Shown here: one piece after another, positions 10,700-19,867 of the stretch
Layout: each line of letters starts with the position of its first letter
How positions within the stretch are numbered: position 1 is the first letter of the stretch
NCBI GenBank assembly: GCA_963841735.1
Contig: CAWJDT010000001.1
Span: forward strand, 544,001 to 608,000
Source: an uncultured Actinomycetes bacterium
GTDB lineage: Bacteria; Actinomycetota; Thermoleophilia; RBG-16-64-13
DNA: 64,000 nt
Reading direction: 5' to 3'
Notes under the pieces: model-generated
What the model saw: only the letters and a program-made list of their open reading frames with translations
What the model was told of the DNA's origin: nothing
Databases searched by the model: none
Made by a program: the position numbers and the translations under genes

Positions 10700-12103
10700 A
10701 TGGCGCCGGTAACCTACCCTTCTCTCCAGATAACGCCCGAATCCGGGACGATGGTGTGCGCCGGTGACGTCCAGGAACTTCTGGACACTTCCTTTCCCCA
10801 GAAGTGCGAATGCAGGCCGGTAAAGGTGCTCCATGTGGTGGGCACCCGCCCCAACTTCATGAAGATGGCCGCCATCATCACAGCCGCCGAGCGGTGGAAC
10901 TGCGCCCTCGACACCCCCGGAGCCCTCGCCCCAGACGGCCCAGACGGCCCGCGGCCAATGCTCCCTGAGGTCGCTCGGGTGCGTTTTGAGCAGGTGCTCG
11001 TACACACCGGGCAGCATTACGACGAGAAGATGTGCAAGGTATTCTTCGATGACCTCGGACTCCCCCGGCCCGACTACGACTTGGGGGTCGGCTCCGGAAG
11101 CCAGATCCGCCAGACGGCCGGCATCATGCTTGCGTTGGAGCCGGTGCTAGAAGAAGTGATGCCCGACCTTGTAGTCACCGTGGGTGACGTCAATTCCACT
11201 CTGGCGGCCGCCCTCGTGGCCGGCAAATCGCGCATCCCGGTGGCGCATGTGGAGGCTGGGCTGCGAAGCGGCGATTGGGGCATGCCCGAGGAGCTCAACC
11301 GCGTACTGGTGGACCAGCTTTCCGACCTGCTGCTCACCTCCTCCGACGACGCCGAGGCCAACCTCATCGCCGAAGGCATCCCGGCCAGCCGCATCCATTT
11401 TGTGGGCAACACCATGATCGACACGCTCGACACCCACATTGCCGCGGCGCTGGAAAGAACCCTAACCGGCGGCCTCCAGCTCACCGACGCGGGTTACGCC
11501 GTCATGACGCTGCACCGTCCGTCGAACGTGGACGAACGGGAGGGTCTGCACCGGCTCGTACAGCTCCTTTTGGCCATCGCCCAACGCCTTCCGGTGGTGT
11601 TTCCTGTGCATGCGCGCACCAGAGAGAGGCTGCGCAACTTCGGCCTCGAAGCCGCACTGGAGCGCAACCCCTCAGTCGTCTTGTGCGAGCCCTTGGGCTA
11701 TCGCGACTTCCTTAGTCTGCTGGCCAGAGCAAGGCTGGTTCTCACCGATTCGGGGGGAGTGCAAGAAGAGACCACGGTGCTGGGAGTGCCCTGTCTTACC
11801 CTCCGCCACAATACCGAGCGACCGGTAACCGTCACCGAGGGGACCAACCGCTTGGTAAATCCCGACGATATCGAGGCCGCTGTTGCCGCGGCGGATGACA
11901 TCCTTTCCGCTCCCATGCCGCAACTACGCCGGCCGGCGCTGTGGGACGGCCATGCCGGCGACCGGATCGCCCGGGTGATCGCCGAATGGGCGGCAGCGGG
12001 TGGAGGCAGGGGCTCCAAGCAGGTCCGCGACCCCGAACTCGTGCTCACCGAGCTGGCCGACTCAGGTGCCGAGGTGAACGCCGAAGCCGAAGCCCAGGCC
12101 TGA
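10700..12103 (+). CDS. wecB: UDP-N-acetylglucosamine 2-epimerase (non-hydrolysing), WecB/WbpI-like; start uncertain
   Basis: VVGTRPNFMK, HTGQHYD, GDVNSTLA, HVEAGLRS, MPEELNR, TLHRPSNVD, TDSGGVQEE and WDGHAGDRI. Confidence 0.93.
   Translation: MAPVTYPSLQITPESGTMVCAGDVQELLDTSFPQKCECRPVKVLHVVGTRPNFMKMAAIITAAERWNCALDTPGALAPDGPDGPRPMLPEVARVRFEQVLVHTGQHYDEKMCKVFFDDLGLPRPDYDLGVGSGSQIRQTAGIMLALEPVLEEVMPDLVVTVGDVNSTLAAALVAGKSRIPVAHVEAGLRSGDWGMPEELNRVLVDQLSDLLLTSSDDAEANLIAEGIPASRIHFVGNTMIDTLDTHIAAALERTLTGGLQLTDAGYAVMTLHRPSNVDEREGLHRLVQLLLAIAQRLPVVFPVHARTRERLRNFGLEAALERNPSVVLCEPLGYRDFLSLLARARLVLTDSGGVQEETTVLGVPCLTLRHNTERPVTVTEGTNRLVNPDDIEAAVAAADDILSAPMPQLRRPALWDGHAGDRIARVIAEWAAAGGGRGSKQVRDPELVLTELADSGAEVNAEAEAQA
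11970..12033 (+). repeat. Direct repeat copy 1 (wecB 3' region)
   Basis: 64 bp matching 12940-13003 with one mismatch. Confidence 0.95.
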
Positions 12104-12146
12104 GACCAGTAGCGCCGCGCGGAGAGTGACGGTGCCTGGCGGAGCC

Positions 12147-12557
12147 CTACGTATACCCCTCCAACGAGCGCGCCACCGCCGGCGCCCGGGCGAGCACCGT
12201 CCGATCCTCGGTCACCAGGACGCTCTGCAGGGCAAGAGCAACAGCCACATATTGGGCGTCGTAGGCACTGAGGTCGAGATCCATGGCAACGCCGACAACG
12301 GCCTCCGGATCCACGTCCACCTCGCGGCCGGAGAGAAGAGCCAGGCCGGTACCCACAAGAGCGAGACATTCTTCCCGAGAGAAACCGCCCGCCCGCTGGT
12401 AGGTGGCGCACACGTTCATGAACTCGTGGCGGAGGATGCCGGGACACACCCAGTCCGGATGCAGTTCATGCAATCGGCGCGCGGCGGAACTCTTCTCGCC
12501 GTCGAGGAGCATATAGACGAACACGTTTGCATCCACAACGAGCGGAGGGGCTTCCAT
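12147..12557 (-). CDS. vapC: VapC/PIN-domain toxin
   Basis: LVVDANV..EFMNV..LSAYDAQYVAVA..LVTED. Confidence 0.88.
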   Translation of the reverse strand: MEAPPLVVDANVFVYMLLDGEKSSAARRLHELHPDWVCPGILRHEFMNVCATYQRAGGFSREECLALVGTGLALLSGREVDVDPEAVVGVAMDLDLSAYDAQYVAVALALQSVLVTEDRTVLARAPAVARSLEGYT

Positions 12558-12571
12558 CTCTGCCCGCGGCC

Positions 12572-12787
12572 CTACTCGCGGCCGGTGCGCCGGGCTTCGT
12601 CGAGCCAGTCCTGGGTCACTGGGAAGGCGCCCTTCACCGGGGGAGGCAATGTGTACCCGGACGGAGTCACGGAGTCTTCGAGAATGGTGATCACCTCTTT
12701 GTTCACGGAACGATGATGCTGCCCGGCCCGCTCTTTCAGGAGCCGGTGGATCTCCGGAGAGAGGTCTCTGATCACCAGGGTGGGCAT
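12572..12787 (-). CDS. FitA/Arc-like ribbon-helix-helix antitoxin
   Basis: MPTLVIRDLSPEIHRLLKERA..HHRSVNKEVITILE; directly upstream of the PIN gene. Confidence 0.85.
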   Translation of the reverse strand: MPTLVIRDLSPEIHRLLKERAGQHHRSVNKEVITILEDSVTPSGYTLPPPVKGAFPVTQDWLDEARRTGRE

Positions 12788-12819
12788 GAACATGTTCGCC
12801 TTTCTCGCCGTGCCGCTGC

Positions 12820-12844
12820 TATTATGCTAGCACTATGCTACCAC
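12820..12844 (-). promoter_or_regulatory. Putative promoter/operator of the first FitA-VapC pair
   Basis: Tandem TATGCTAGCAC / TATGCTACCAC; CATAAT -10-like hexamer on the minus strand. Confidence 0.5.
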
Positions 12845-12939
12845 ATTGTCGGTCGCGCGACGCACCTCAGCCTACGCGCCCGCCGGCCACCTGTCTCTCC
12901 AACCAAGGTTGGAGCTTGGCGACAGTCCTCGCCCCACAC

Positions 12940-13013
12940 CCCGGGTGATCGCCGAATGGGCGGCAGCAGGTGGAGGCAGGGGCTCCAAGCAGGTCCGCGA
13001 CCCAGGCCTGAGA
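12940..13013 (+). repeat. Direct repeat copy 2 (wecB 3' end, internally shortened)
   Basis: 12940-13003 matches 11970-12033; 13001-13013 CCCAGGCCTGAGA matches 12093-12105, including the wecB stop codon. Confidence 0.95.
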
Positions 13014-13148
13014 GCGACGGCGCGGACTCACAGGGCAGTTGGTGGTCGAAGGTATACTTCGTGGTGGTAGATCGCTGCCCTCGGCAAGATTACGCGAGGT
13101 CCTGGCGGATTCATTATCAGTACATCCCCTACCCCGCACGGAGTCGCC

Positions 13149-14786
13149 ATGTCTGACGTATCGGTAAGCCCATCCGGCGAGGTCTTCCCTCTGCCGAGCC
13201 ACCGAAGAGTACGCTGCGGAACTCAAGCGCGTGGAGACCCTGGCCCGCTCGGCCAAGGCCGAGGGCAAGGAAGTCGTCGTGGTCATGGGCGTCGGCTTTG
13301 TCGGAGCCGTCATGGCGGCCATCATCGCCGACGCCGAAGACGAGGCCGGCCGGCCGAACAAGTTCGTCGTGGGCTGCCAGCGGCCCAGCTCCCGCAGCTT
13401 CTGGAAGATCCCCCTCCTCAACCGCGGCGTGTCACCGGTCAAAGCCGAGGACCCCGAAGTCGACGCCATGATCTCTCGCTGCGTCCGAGACAAGAAGACC
13501 CTGACCGCGACCTTCAACAGCGACTGCCTCAAGTTTGCCGACTGCGTGGTGGTCGACGTCCAGTGCGACTACACCAAGCACAGCCTGGGCGACATGAAAA
13601 CCGGCGAGGTCGAGATGGCGGCTCTCGAGGCCACCATGAGGACCATCGGCGAGAAGGATCCCGCCGGACTGCCTCGTGGTGATCGAGACCACGGTGGCGC
13701 CCGGAACCACGGAGTTCGTCGCCTACCCCATCCTGAAGAAGGCCTTCCAGGCGCGCGGCATCGAGTCTCTTCCCCTTCTGGCCCACAGCTACGAGCGGGT
13801 CATGCCGGGTAAACAGTACGTAGCGTCCATCAGGGACTTCTGGCGGGTCTGCTCGGGGTGCAACGAGGAGGCCACCGAGCGGGTGGTCAAGTTCCTGAAC
13901 GAGGTCCTGAACACCAAGGACTTCCCGCTCACGGTCATGGATAGGCCCATCGAGAGCGAGACCACCAAGATCGTGGAGAACTCCTACCGCGCCACCATCC
14001 TTGCCTTCCTCGACGAGTGGAGCGTCTTCGCGGAGCGCAACGGAGTGGACCTCACCAAGGTCATCAAGGCCATCAAAGTCCGCCCGACGCACAGCAACAT
14101 GATCTTCCCGGGACCAGGCATCGGCGGCTACTGCCTGCCCAAGGACGGCGGCCTGGGCTTCTGGGCCTACAAACACATCTTGGGCTTCGAAGACGACATC
14201 TTCCGCATCACCACCGCCGCCATCGACATCAACGACACCCGGGCTCTGCATGTCGCGGAACTGACCAGGGATGCCCTGCGCAACATGGGACGCTACATCG
14301 CGGGAGCCCGCGTACTGCTCTGCGGCGCCAGCTACCGGGAGGACGTGGGTGACACCCGCTACAGCGGCTCGGAGCTCGTGGTCCGCAAGCTGACCGAGAT
14401 GGGCGCCGAGCTCAGCGTGCACGACCCGTACGTGGAGCACTGGTACGAGATGGAGACGCCGGACACCTATCCTGCTTCCGGGCAGTCACTCGCGCGCTTC
14501 TTCCGAAACCAGCAGGACCTGCCACGCCTGCGCGTGCAGAACGACCTCGCCGCCGCTCTAAAGGGCACGGAGGCTGTGGTCTTCGCGGTACGGCACTCGC
14601 CCTACCTTGACCTGGAGCCCGACCAGGTGGTCGAGTGGGCCGGGTCGTAAGCCGGCGGTGATCGACTGCTTCGGTATCCTGGACGACGCCAAGATCCGCA
14701 GGTACTTCGAATTGGGTTGCGAGGTCAAGGCTTTGGGCCGAGGACACATCCAGAGGATCAAGGAAGAGGTGCGGAAGGGGCGGTGA
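13149..14786 (+). CDS. Nucleotide-sugar dehydrogenase (UDP-glucose/GDP-mannose/UDP-GlcNAc dehydrogenase family), about 3 frameshifts
   Basis: VMGVGFVG, IETTVAPGTT, SYERVMPG, ESETTKIVENSYR, PGPGIGGYCLPKD and GASYREDVGDTRYS. Confidence 0.88.
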
Positions 14787-14938
14787 GCCTCCCGGCGAGG
14801 TGACCATTCGACCCCTGGAGAAAACCATGCCATGATAAGCTCCATTGCATCTTCAACGGGAATCGCGTTTACCGGCCTTGGGCTCGGCTGGATTGCCAGA
14901 ATAGACGTTGTCTACGGCCTGGCAAGCGTGTCCGTTGA

Positions 14939-15094
14939 CGGAGCTATATAGACGTGTGCCTGGATGAACGCCTCGGCGATCCCGGTGACCAGAACGACAC
15001 AACCTACTCCCTGGACGAGAAATGGCACCTGAACGACGAGGGCTACACCATCGTGGCAGAAATCGTGAAAGCGGCGACAAGGAACATGCCGTGA
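14939..15094 (+). pseudogene. C-terminal remnant of an SGNH/GDSL hydrolase
   Basis: Own translation: IDVCLDERLGDPGDQNDTTYSLDEKWHLNDEGYTIVAEIVKAATRNMP*, resembling SGNH block V (D..HLN..GY...A); no start codon, in-frame stop at 14936. Confidence 0.55.
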
Positions 15095-15158
15095 GTTCCT
15101 TTCGTGGCTTCAAAGTATCCGCTCGGACCGTCAGCTCTGCTGTGATGACTTTCCGGCC

Positions 15159-16202
15159 GTGACTGACGAATCACTAACCAACGTTGTGTTGCTGTTTGAA
15201 GACGACAGCGGCAGACGCAACGAGGGACGACTCAACCTGTCATGGAGCCTTGCTGAATCTCTGGAGCGCCATGGAGGTCATTTCGCCGCTGTGCCTTCTC
15301 TGGGAAAGCACCGGGGGAGTTGGCGCGGAGCAGGCAGCCGCTGCATCGGAGCGATACAAGGAGCGAGGAGGTTGAGACACTCGGCCAATCAACGGCCAAG
15401 CACCTTGATCTACATCCCTGACTCTTCGCTTTCTCTGGGCGGCACCCTGCGCGGACTTCTGTACCGCGCTCTAACAAGATCAAAGGGACTGACTCTTGTC
15501 GCCGCTCAACGCAACAACGAACGTGCCGCTGTCGCGTACCTGATTAGGTGGAGCGGTGCCATGGTGGCAACGCTTGACTCCTCTCACGCCGCAGACCTGC
15601 AAAAGGGTGGCGTTTTCGCTCGCAGCTTCGTCCCTGGAGTCGATCGCTCCCGATTCCGACCGCGCAGCGAGCCGGAGACAAGTGCCGCGAAGACCGCTCT
15701 CGGACTGCGAAGCGATGACCGCTGTGCGCTGCATGTGGGCCACCTGAACAGACAACGGCACCTGGACATCATGGCTACCCTTGCCAGCGCTTGTGACGCG
15801 CGGGCGGTCATGGTCTCGGGCTCGGCCGTTGCTGCGGACGACTCCGTCGCCAAGGAACTGCTTGATGCTGGCGTGCTACTGGTCAGAGAGGACTTCGCAG
15901 ACATTAGAGATGCATATTGCGCGGCGGATGTCTACGTGTTTCCCACCTTGCCGGGGGGTGGCGCCATAGCATTTCCTCTTTCGGTGCTCGAGGCGTTGTC
16001 CGTAGGCATACCAGTGGTCTCCACGCCCTTTAACGATCTGCCACGGGCGTTCCCCGAGGGGGCCGGGGTGCACTATGCCCTTGCGGCCGACGAGTTTGTG
16101 CGCAAGGTGAGCGACATTTTGGCGGCAGATACACCCCCTTCGATCGACAACGACCGTCTGCGCTCCTGGGACGAGGTTCTGGAGGACATAGTCCGTGGCT
16201 AG
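15159..16202 (+). CDS. Glycosyltransferase family 4
   Basis: GVDRSRF, HVGHL and YCAADVYVFPT..PLSVLEALSVGIPVVST. Confidence 0.85.
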   Translation: MTDESLTNVVLLFEDDSGRRNEGRLNLSWSLAESLERHGGHFAAVPSLGKHRGSWRGAGSRCIGAIQGARRLRHSANQRPSTLIYIPDSSLSLGGTLRGLLYRALTRSKGLTLVAAQRNNERAAVAYLIRWSGAMVATLDSSHAADLQKGGVFARSFVPGVDRSRFRPRSEPETSAAKTALGLRSDDRCALHVGHLNRQRHLDIMATLASACDARAVMVSGSAVAADDSVAKELLDAGVLLVREDFADIRDAYCAADVYVFPTLPGGGAIAFPLSVLEALSVGIPVVSTPFNDLPRAFPEGAGVHYALAADEFVRKVSDILAADTPPSIDNDRLRSWDEVLEDIVRG

Positions 16203-16881
16203 ACGAGAACGAACGATCATCGTGTTTTGCGGCGGCGATGGGACGGGGAAGTCCACTCAGGCCAAGCTGCTGGTGGATCACCTCAACGAGACCGGCGCAC
16301 CCGCCGCGGTAATATGGAATCGATGGGAGCCACGCGTTGTCGGGCTAGTCATGAAGACTGCCCGGCGGATCTCAGGGCTTGCCCATTCGAGTCAGGCGGG
16401 TGAGGAGGTCGGCGACCAGGTCGCAAGTGCCGTGGCAAGCAGACCGGTCGTGGCCCAGGTCTTCTCCAGGGTGTCCTGGTTTGAGTACCTCATGCAGACT
16501 CGGTCGCGCTTGTTGCGCCAAGGTCGAGGCGCTCACGTGGTTGTCTTTGATCGATACGTTGTGGACATGGTCGTGGACCGTGCCCGGCGTCTCGGCTGGA
16601 GCGACGCCTACATAGCCGCCGAACTGGAGCGAGCCTATCGCCGAGGTTTCCCCCGACCTGCGGTGAGCATCTTCTTCGACGCACCGCCGGCCGTCCTGGT
16701 CGAGCGCCGGCCGGAAGAGCGACCGCAGGGGTTGGCCGAGAGATCCGCACTCTACGCCCGAGTGGCAAAGCTTCTGGGGGCCCCGGTCGTCAATACTGCC
16801 GACAGCATCGAGTCAACTGCTGAACGCATCTGGGAGATAGTCAAGTCTGGCGCCGCGCGGGAAACGAAGGTGTCACATTGA
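16195..16881 (+). CDS. Thymidylate-kinase-like P-loop kinase
   Basis: GGDGTGKST Walker A, VVFDRY and FPRP..FFD..L..R. Confidence 0.8.
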   Translation: MARRERTIIVFCGGDGTGKSTQAKLLVDHLNETGAPAAVIWNRWEPRVVGLVMKTARRISGLAHSSQAGEEVGDQVASAVASRPVVAQVFSRVSWFEYLMQTRSRLLRQGRGAHVVVFDRYVVDMVVDRARRLGWSDAYIAAELERAYRRGFPRPAVSIFFDAPPAVLVERRPEERPQGLAERSALYARVAKLLGAPVVNTADSIESTAERIWEIVKSGAARETKVSH

Positions 16882-18344
16882 CCGCCAAACGCCAGTTGAT
16901 AGTCCTCGGAGTCGACGCTCTCGATTCAGACCTACTGCAGGCATTCGGACCTAGTCTGCCGCATATGAGCGAGCTGACTGAGGTCCGTTATTGGCCGATG
17001 TTCCCGCCCGACTCCGTGCCCGCTTGGGCAACCATACAGACGGGTTTACCTGCAGAACGTCACGGGCTGGTCACGAGTGGCGACTACCTCCGACTCTCTG
17101 TTGGCGCCGATGGTACGTGCACCTCGCCGCTCAAGGGCCGAACCTTCTACGACCGAGCGTCCGAGGCCGGCAAGAAGGTGGTAGTGGTAAACCCGTTCCT
17201 GGCCTATCCCGCATGGCCTCTCGCTGGTCTGATGGTTTCGGGACCCGCGTTCGCCATCGGCGGCCAGGTCGACACGTGGCCGCGCGAGGCCGCAACGCGG
17301 TGGGGCGGGTGCCCGATCGGTGGACTAACAGCTGACCCAACCCGCCGGACCAGATTAGCGTTCATGCAGCAATCTATCGCGGAGATCTCTGAGCTTGGGC
17401 GACGTTTTCTCAACGAGTTGCGCGGCCAGGACTGGGATTGTGCGTTCTTGACTCTTCTCTCCCTTGACCGAATCGAGCATTTCTTCTGGCGGTTCTGCGA
17501 CAAGAGCGACCCTGACTACCCGGGACCGACCGTCTACGAGAAGGCAATCGAGGTCGGCTACGCGGCTGTCGACGCCGTGGTTGGAACCATTCGCCAAGCG
17601 TTTCCTGAGGCCGCAATCCTCGTCCTCGGTGACCACGGCCATAGTCGAAGGCCAAAACAGCTCTTCGAGGTGGCTGAATGGCTGCGCAGACGCGGCCTGC
17701 TCCATGCAGCTCCAGTGCTCTCTTCCACCGCCATGGTCGAGCGAGCAAAGCGCACCGTGGTGACGACCTTGTCCCGATTGCACTTGGAGGACCTGACCAG
17801 GCTCCTAGCCAAGGCCGTCCCTCGCGCAGCCGAGTTGAAGAACTCGTCCTTCGCCGTTTCAAAGAGTCAGTCGCTTGTGGAGGTTTGCCCTTTCGGCCGC
17901 AACTCGTTCGGCGGTCTGCGAGTGAACAGAACCGAACCCGCAGAGCGGCGCGAGCTACTTGAACAACTGGCCGCGGATCTGGGTACGGTGATATCACCGT
18001 CCGGTGAGAGAATCGTCCGTTCCACCCGCATCGTTGAACGCAGCGAGGCCGACCGTTCCAGCGGCCTGGCCGACCTAGAGATGGAACTTCACCCTGGCTT
18101 CGGTGTGGGTACCGACCTCTACGGTGGCCTCTTCTCAGTGAGCCCCTATCGAAGGCACATATCCGGGGGCCACGCCATGTCAGCCGCGATGCTCTACGGC
18201 GGACCGATTCGAGCGACCAACAGCAGCTCCACACCCACGGTTGGCACTGTGGACATCGCGCCTACCGTTCTCGCGCTCCTCGGCATCGAGCACCCGGACG
18301 ACCTCCCGGGAATGAGCTTCCTCGATTGGCAACCAGACAGCTGA
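16878..18344 (+). CDS. Alkaline-phosphatase superfamily protein (type I phosphodiesterase/nucleotide pyrophosphatase)
   Basis: LGVDALD, PPDSVPAW.TIQTG..HG, LDRIEHFFW, LGDHG, SGGH and DIAPTVLALLG. Confidence 0.85.
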   Translation: MTAKRQLIVLGVDALDSDLLQAFGPSLPHMSELTEVRYWPMFPPDSVPAWATIQTGLPAERHGLVTSGDYLRLSVGADGTCTSPLKGRTFYDRASEAGKKVVVVNPFLAYPAWPLAGLMVSGPAFAIGGQVDTWPREAATRWGGCPIGGLTADPTRRTRLAFMQQSIAEISELGRRFLNELRGQDWDCAFLTLLSLDRIEHFFWRFCDKSDPDYPGPTVYEKAIEVGYAAVDAVVGTIRQAFPEAAILVLGDHGHSRRPKQLFEVAEWLRRRGLLHAAPVLSSTAMVERAKRTVVTTLSRLHLEDLTRLLAKAVPRAAELKNSSFAVSKSQSLVEVCPFGRNSFGGLRVNRTEPAERRELLEQLAADLGTVISPSGERIVRSTRIVERSEADRSSGLADLEMELHPGFGVGTDLYGGLFSVSPYRRHISGGHAMSAAMLYGGPIRATNSSSTPTVGTVDIAPTVLALLGIEHPDDLPGMSFLDWQPDS

Positions 18345-18380
18345 TCCCCGGCCTTTTGCCTTCGGACGCCGCAAAGACAC

Positions 18381-19484
18381 CTATTTCAACACGTTCGCCA
18401 GCCGTCTTGTCAATCTATAGAGTCCGCCGTAGGCGTTACTGTAATCGGTGAAGTGCGCCTTATCGACAGCCTGTTCAAAATCGGCCCTCGCAAGCCCGAT
18501 CTTCTCGAGAAACACCCCAAGCAAAGGCGGCTCATCTCTTTGCTCTTCGGCCTCCGCTCTCCGCAGAGCTTCGTCGCGCGACATCTTCCCATTCCTGACC
18601 TGAGTGGCGTACCCACCCGTTATCTCACTAAAGCCCCACTTCCTGCACACCAGATAGTCCTTGACTGGATTCACCAGACAGTCCCCATGCTCCAATCCTC
18701 CAGACGGCGGCTCCCACCCAAGCTCGTTTCGCAAAGTCTCCAGCAAGGCCTCTTTCGTCGGATTGACGTATTCGAACAAGTCGACGGTCTTCACTCCAAG
18801 CCCAGCTGCTCCCATTAAGACGTCCCTCACATACTTGTTCCGCACAAGATTCTTGGTGACATCACCGTCAATATAGCCCTGAACCACATTGTAAAAGAAT
18901 GGGATATTGGCATATTTGGAGATACTCATTCCATGAATAGCAGCGGACCACCTGCGTGAGTTTCCCGTGACTATCGTCGAAATGCCGTATTGTTTTGCTA
19001 TTCTGAGAGCGCCTTCTCCTATGATCAGATTGCACGGCGCACAGAAACTCCCGGTTCTCGTCAGGAAGGTTCGGTACAGAGCGAAGAGCGTGGCCTCGCT
19101 GGGCTTCAGTTTGACAAAGTCAACACCCAGCAGCCTGATTGCCGTGTCTACGTTGGCGGCGGCTCTTGCCGACTGAAAGCCGTTATCAAAATTGAAGGCC
19201 AACACGTTCATGTTGTACGTCTTCACACACGTATACAGAACGTACATGCTGTCCTTGCCGCCACTCACCGGTACGAGGCAATCATACGGCCGAGTCTTCC
19301 GCCTGCAAGCAGATAGTCGCCGTTCGAACTGCGCCTGGCGACCGATGAGAGTCTCGCCATCGAGGGCCGCGTACGTCTTCTCGAAGGCTCGGCAGTAGCT
19401 GCATGTCCCGGCGTCGTCGAGGCACACCACCGGAGGCTTCTCAGGAAGAATGCACGTACCGCACCGATGGTGTGGATCCATCAT
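18381..19484 (-). CDS. N-acetyl-sugar amidotransferase (WbpG/WbuX-like PP-loop ATPase)
   Basis: CxxC(ILP), CSYC, YDCLVPVSGGKDS, FDNGF, FCAPC, HGDC and QVRNGKMSRDEAL. Confidence 0.82.
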   Translation of the reverse strand: MMDPHHRCGTCILPEKPPVVCLDDAGTCSYCRAFEKTYAALDGETLIGRQAQFERRLSACRRKTRPYDCLVPVSGGKDSMYVLYTCVKTYNMNVLAFNFDNGFQSARAAANVDTAIRLLGVDFVKLKPSEATLFALYRTFLTRTGSFCAPCNLIIGEGALRIAKQYGISTIVTGNSRRWSAAIHGMSISKYANIPFFYNVVQGYIDGDVTKNLVRNKYVRDVLMGAAGLGVKTVDLFEYVNPTKEALLETLRNELGWEPPSGGLEHGDCLVNPVKDYLVCRKWGFSEITGGYATQVRNGKMSRDEALRRAEAEEQRDEPPLLGVFLEKIGLARADFEQAVDKAHFTDYSNAYGGLYRLTRRLANVLK

Positions 19485-19867
19485 GCCTCCTGATCGTCGG
19501 CCCACGACTCCTGGAAACTCTGCCGCACCTCCGCCAGCGTAGCAGTTCGAAAGGATGCTTGTGCGAGCCGCTTGGGCGCCGAACCGGACAGAACATGGCG
19601 GGCCGTTCCTGCCCGAATCGGATGGTATAGTTGCTTTCGGGCTACTTGCAGTCCTCTGGTGAACAACCAGTTCAGACATCCATCGCGGGAAGGGGCAGAG
19701 ACTGTCACGCTATTCAAGCGGTCTATCATGCGCTTCACATTCAGCGCGGCGATTTCATTGACTATGTACTCTTGGTTCCATGGGTCTTCTCTCTCGGGCC
19801 TGAATCACGGCAAATGCGTCCTTTCACTTCGCCGTCAAACACCCCGATCTAGGGCGTGCTCGTCACT

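Noticed and set aside
19490-19860. Riboswitch or ncRNA in the divergent intergenic region
   Set aside because: No recognisable conserved motif or convincing stem set; an Rfam scan would be needed.
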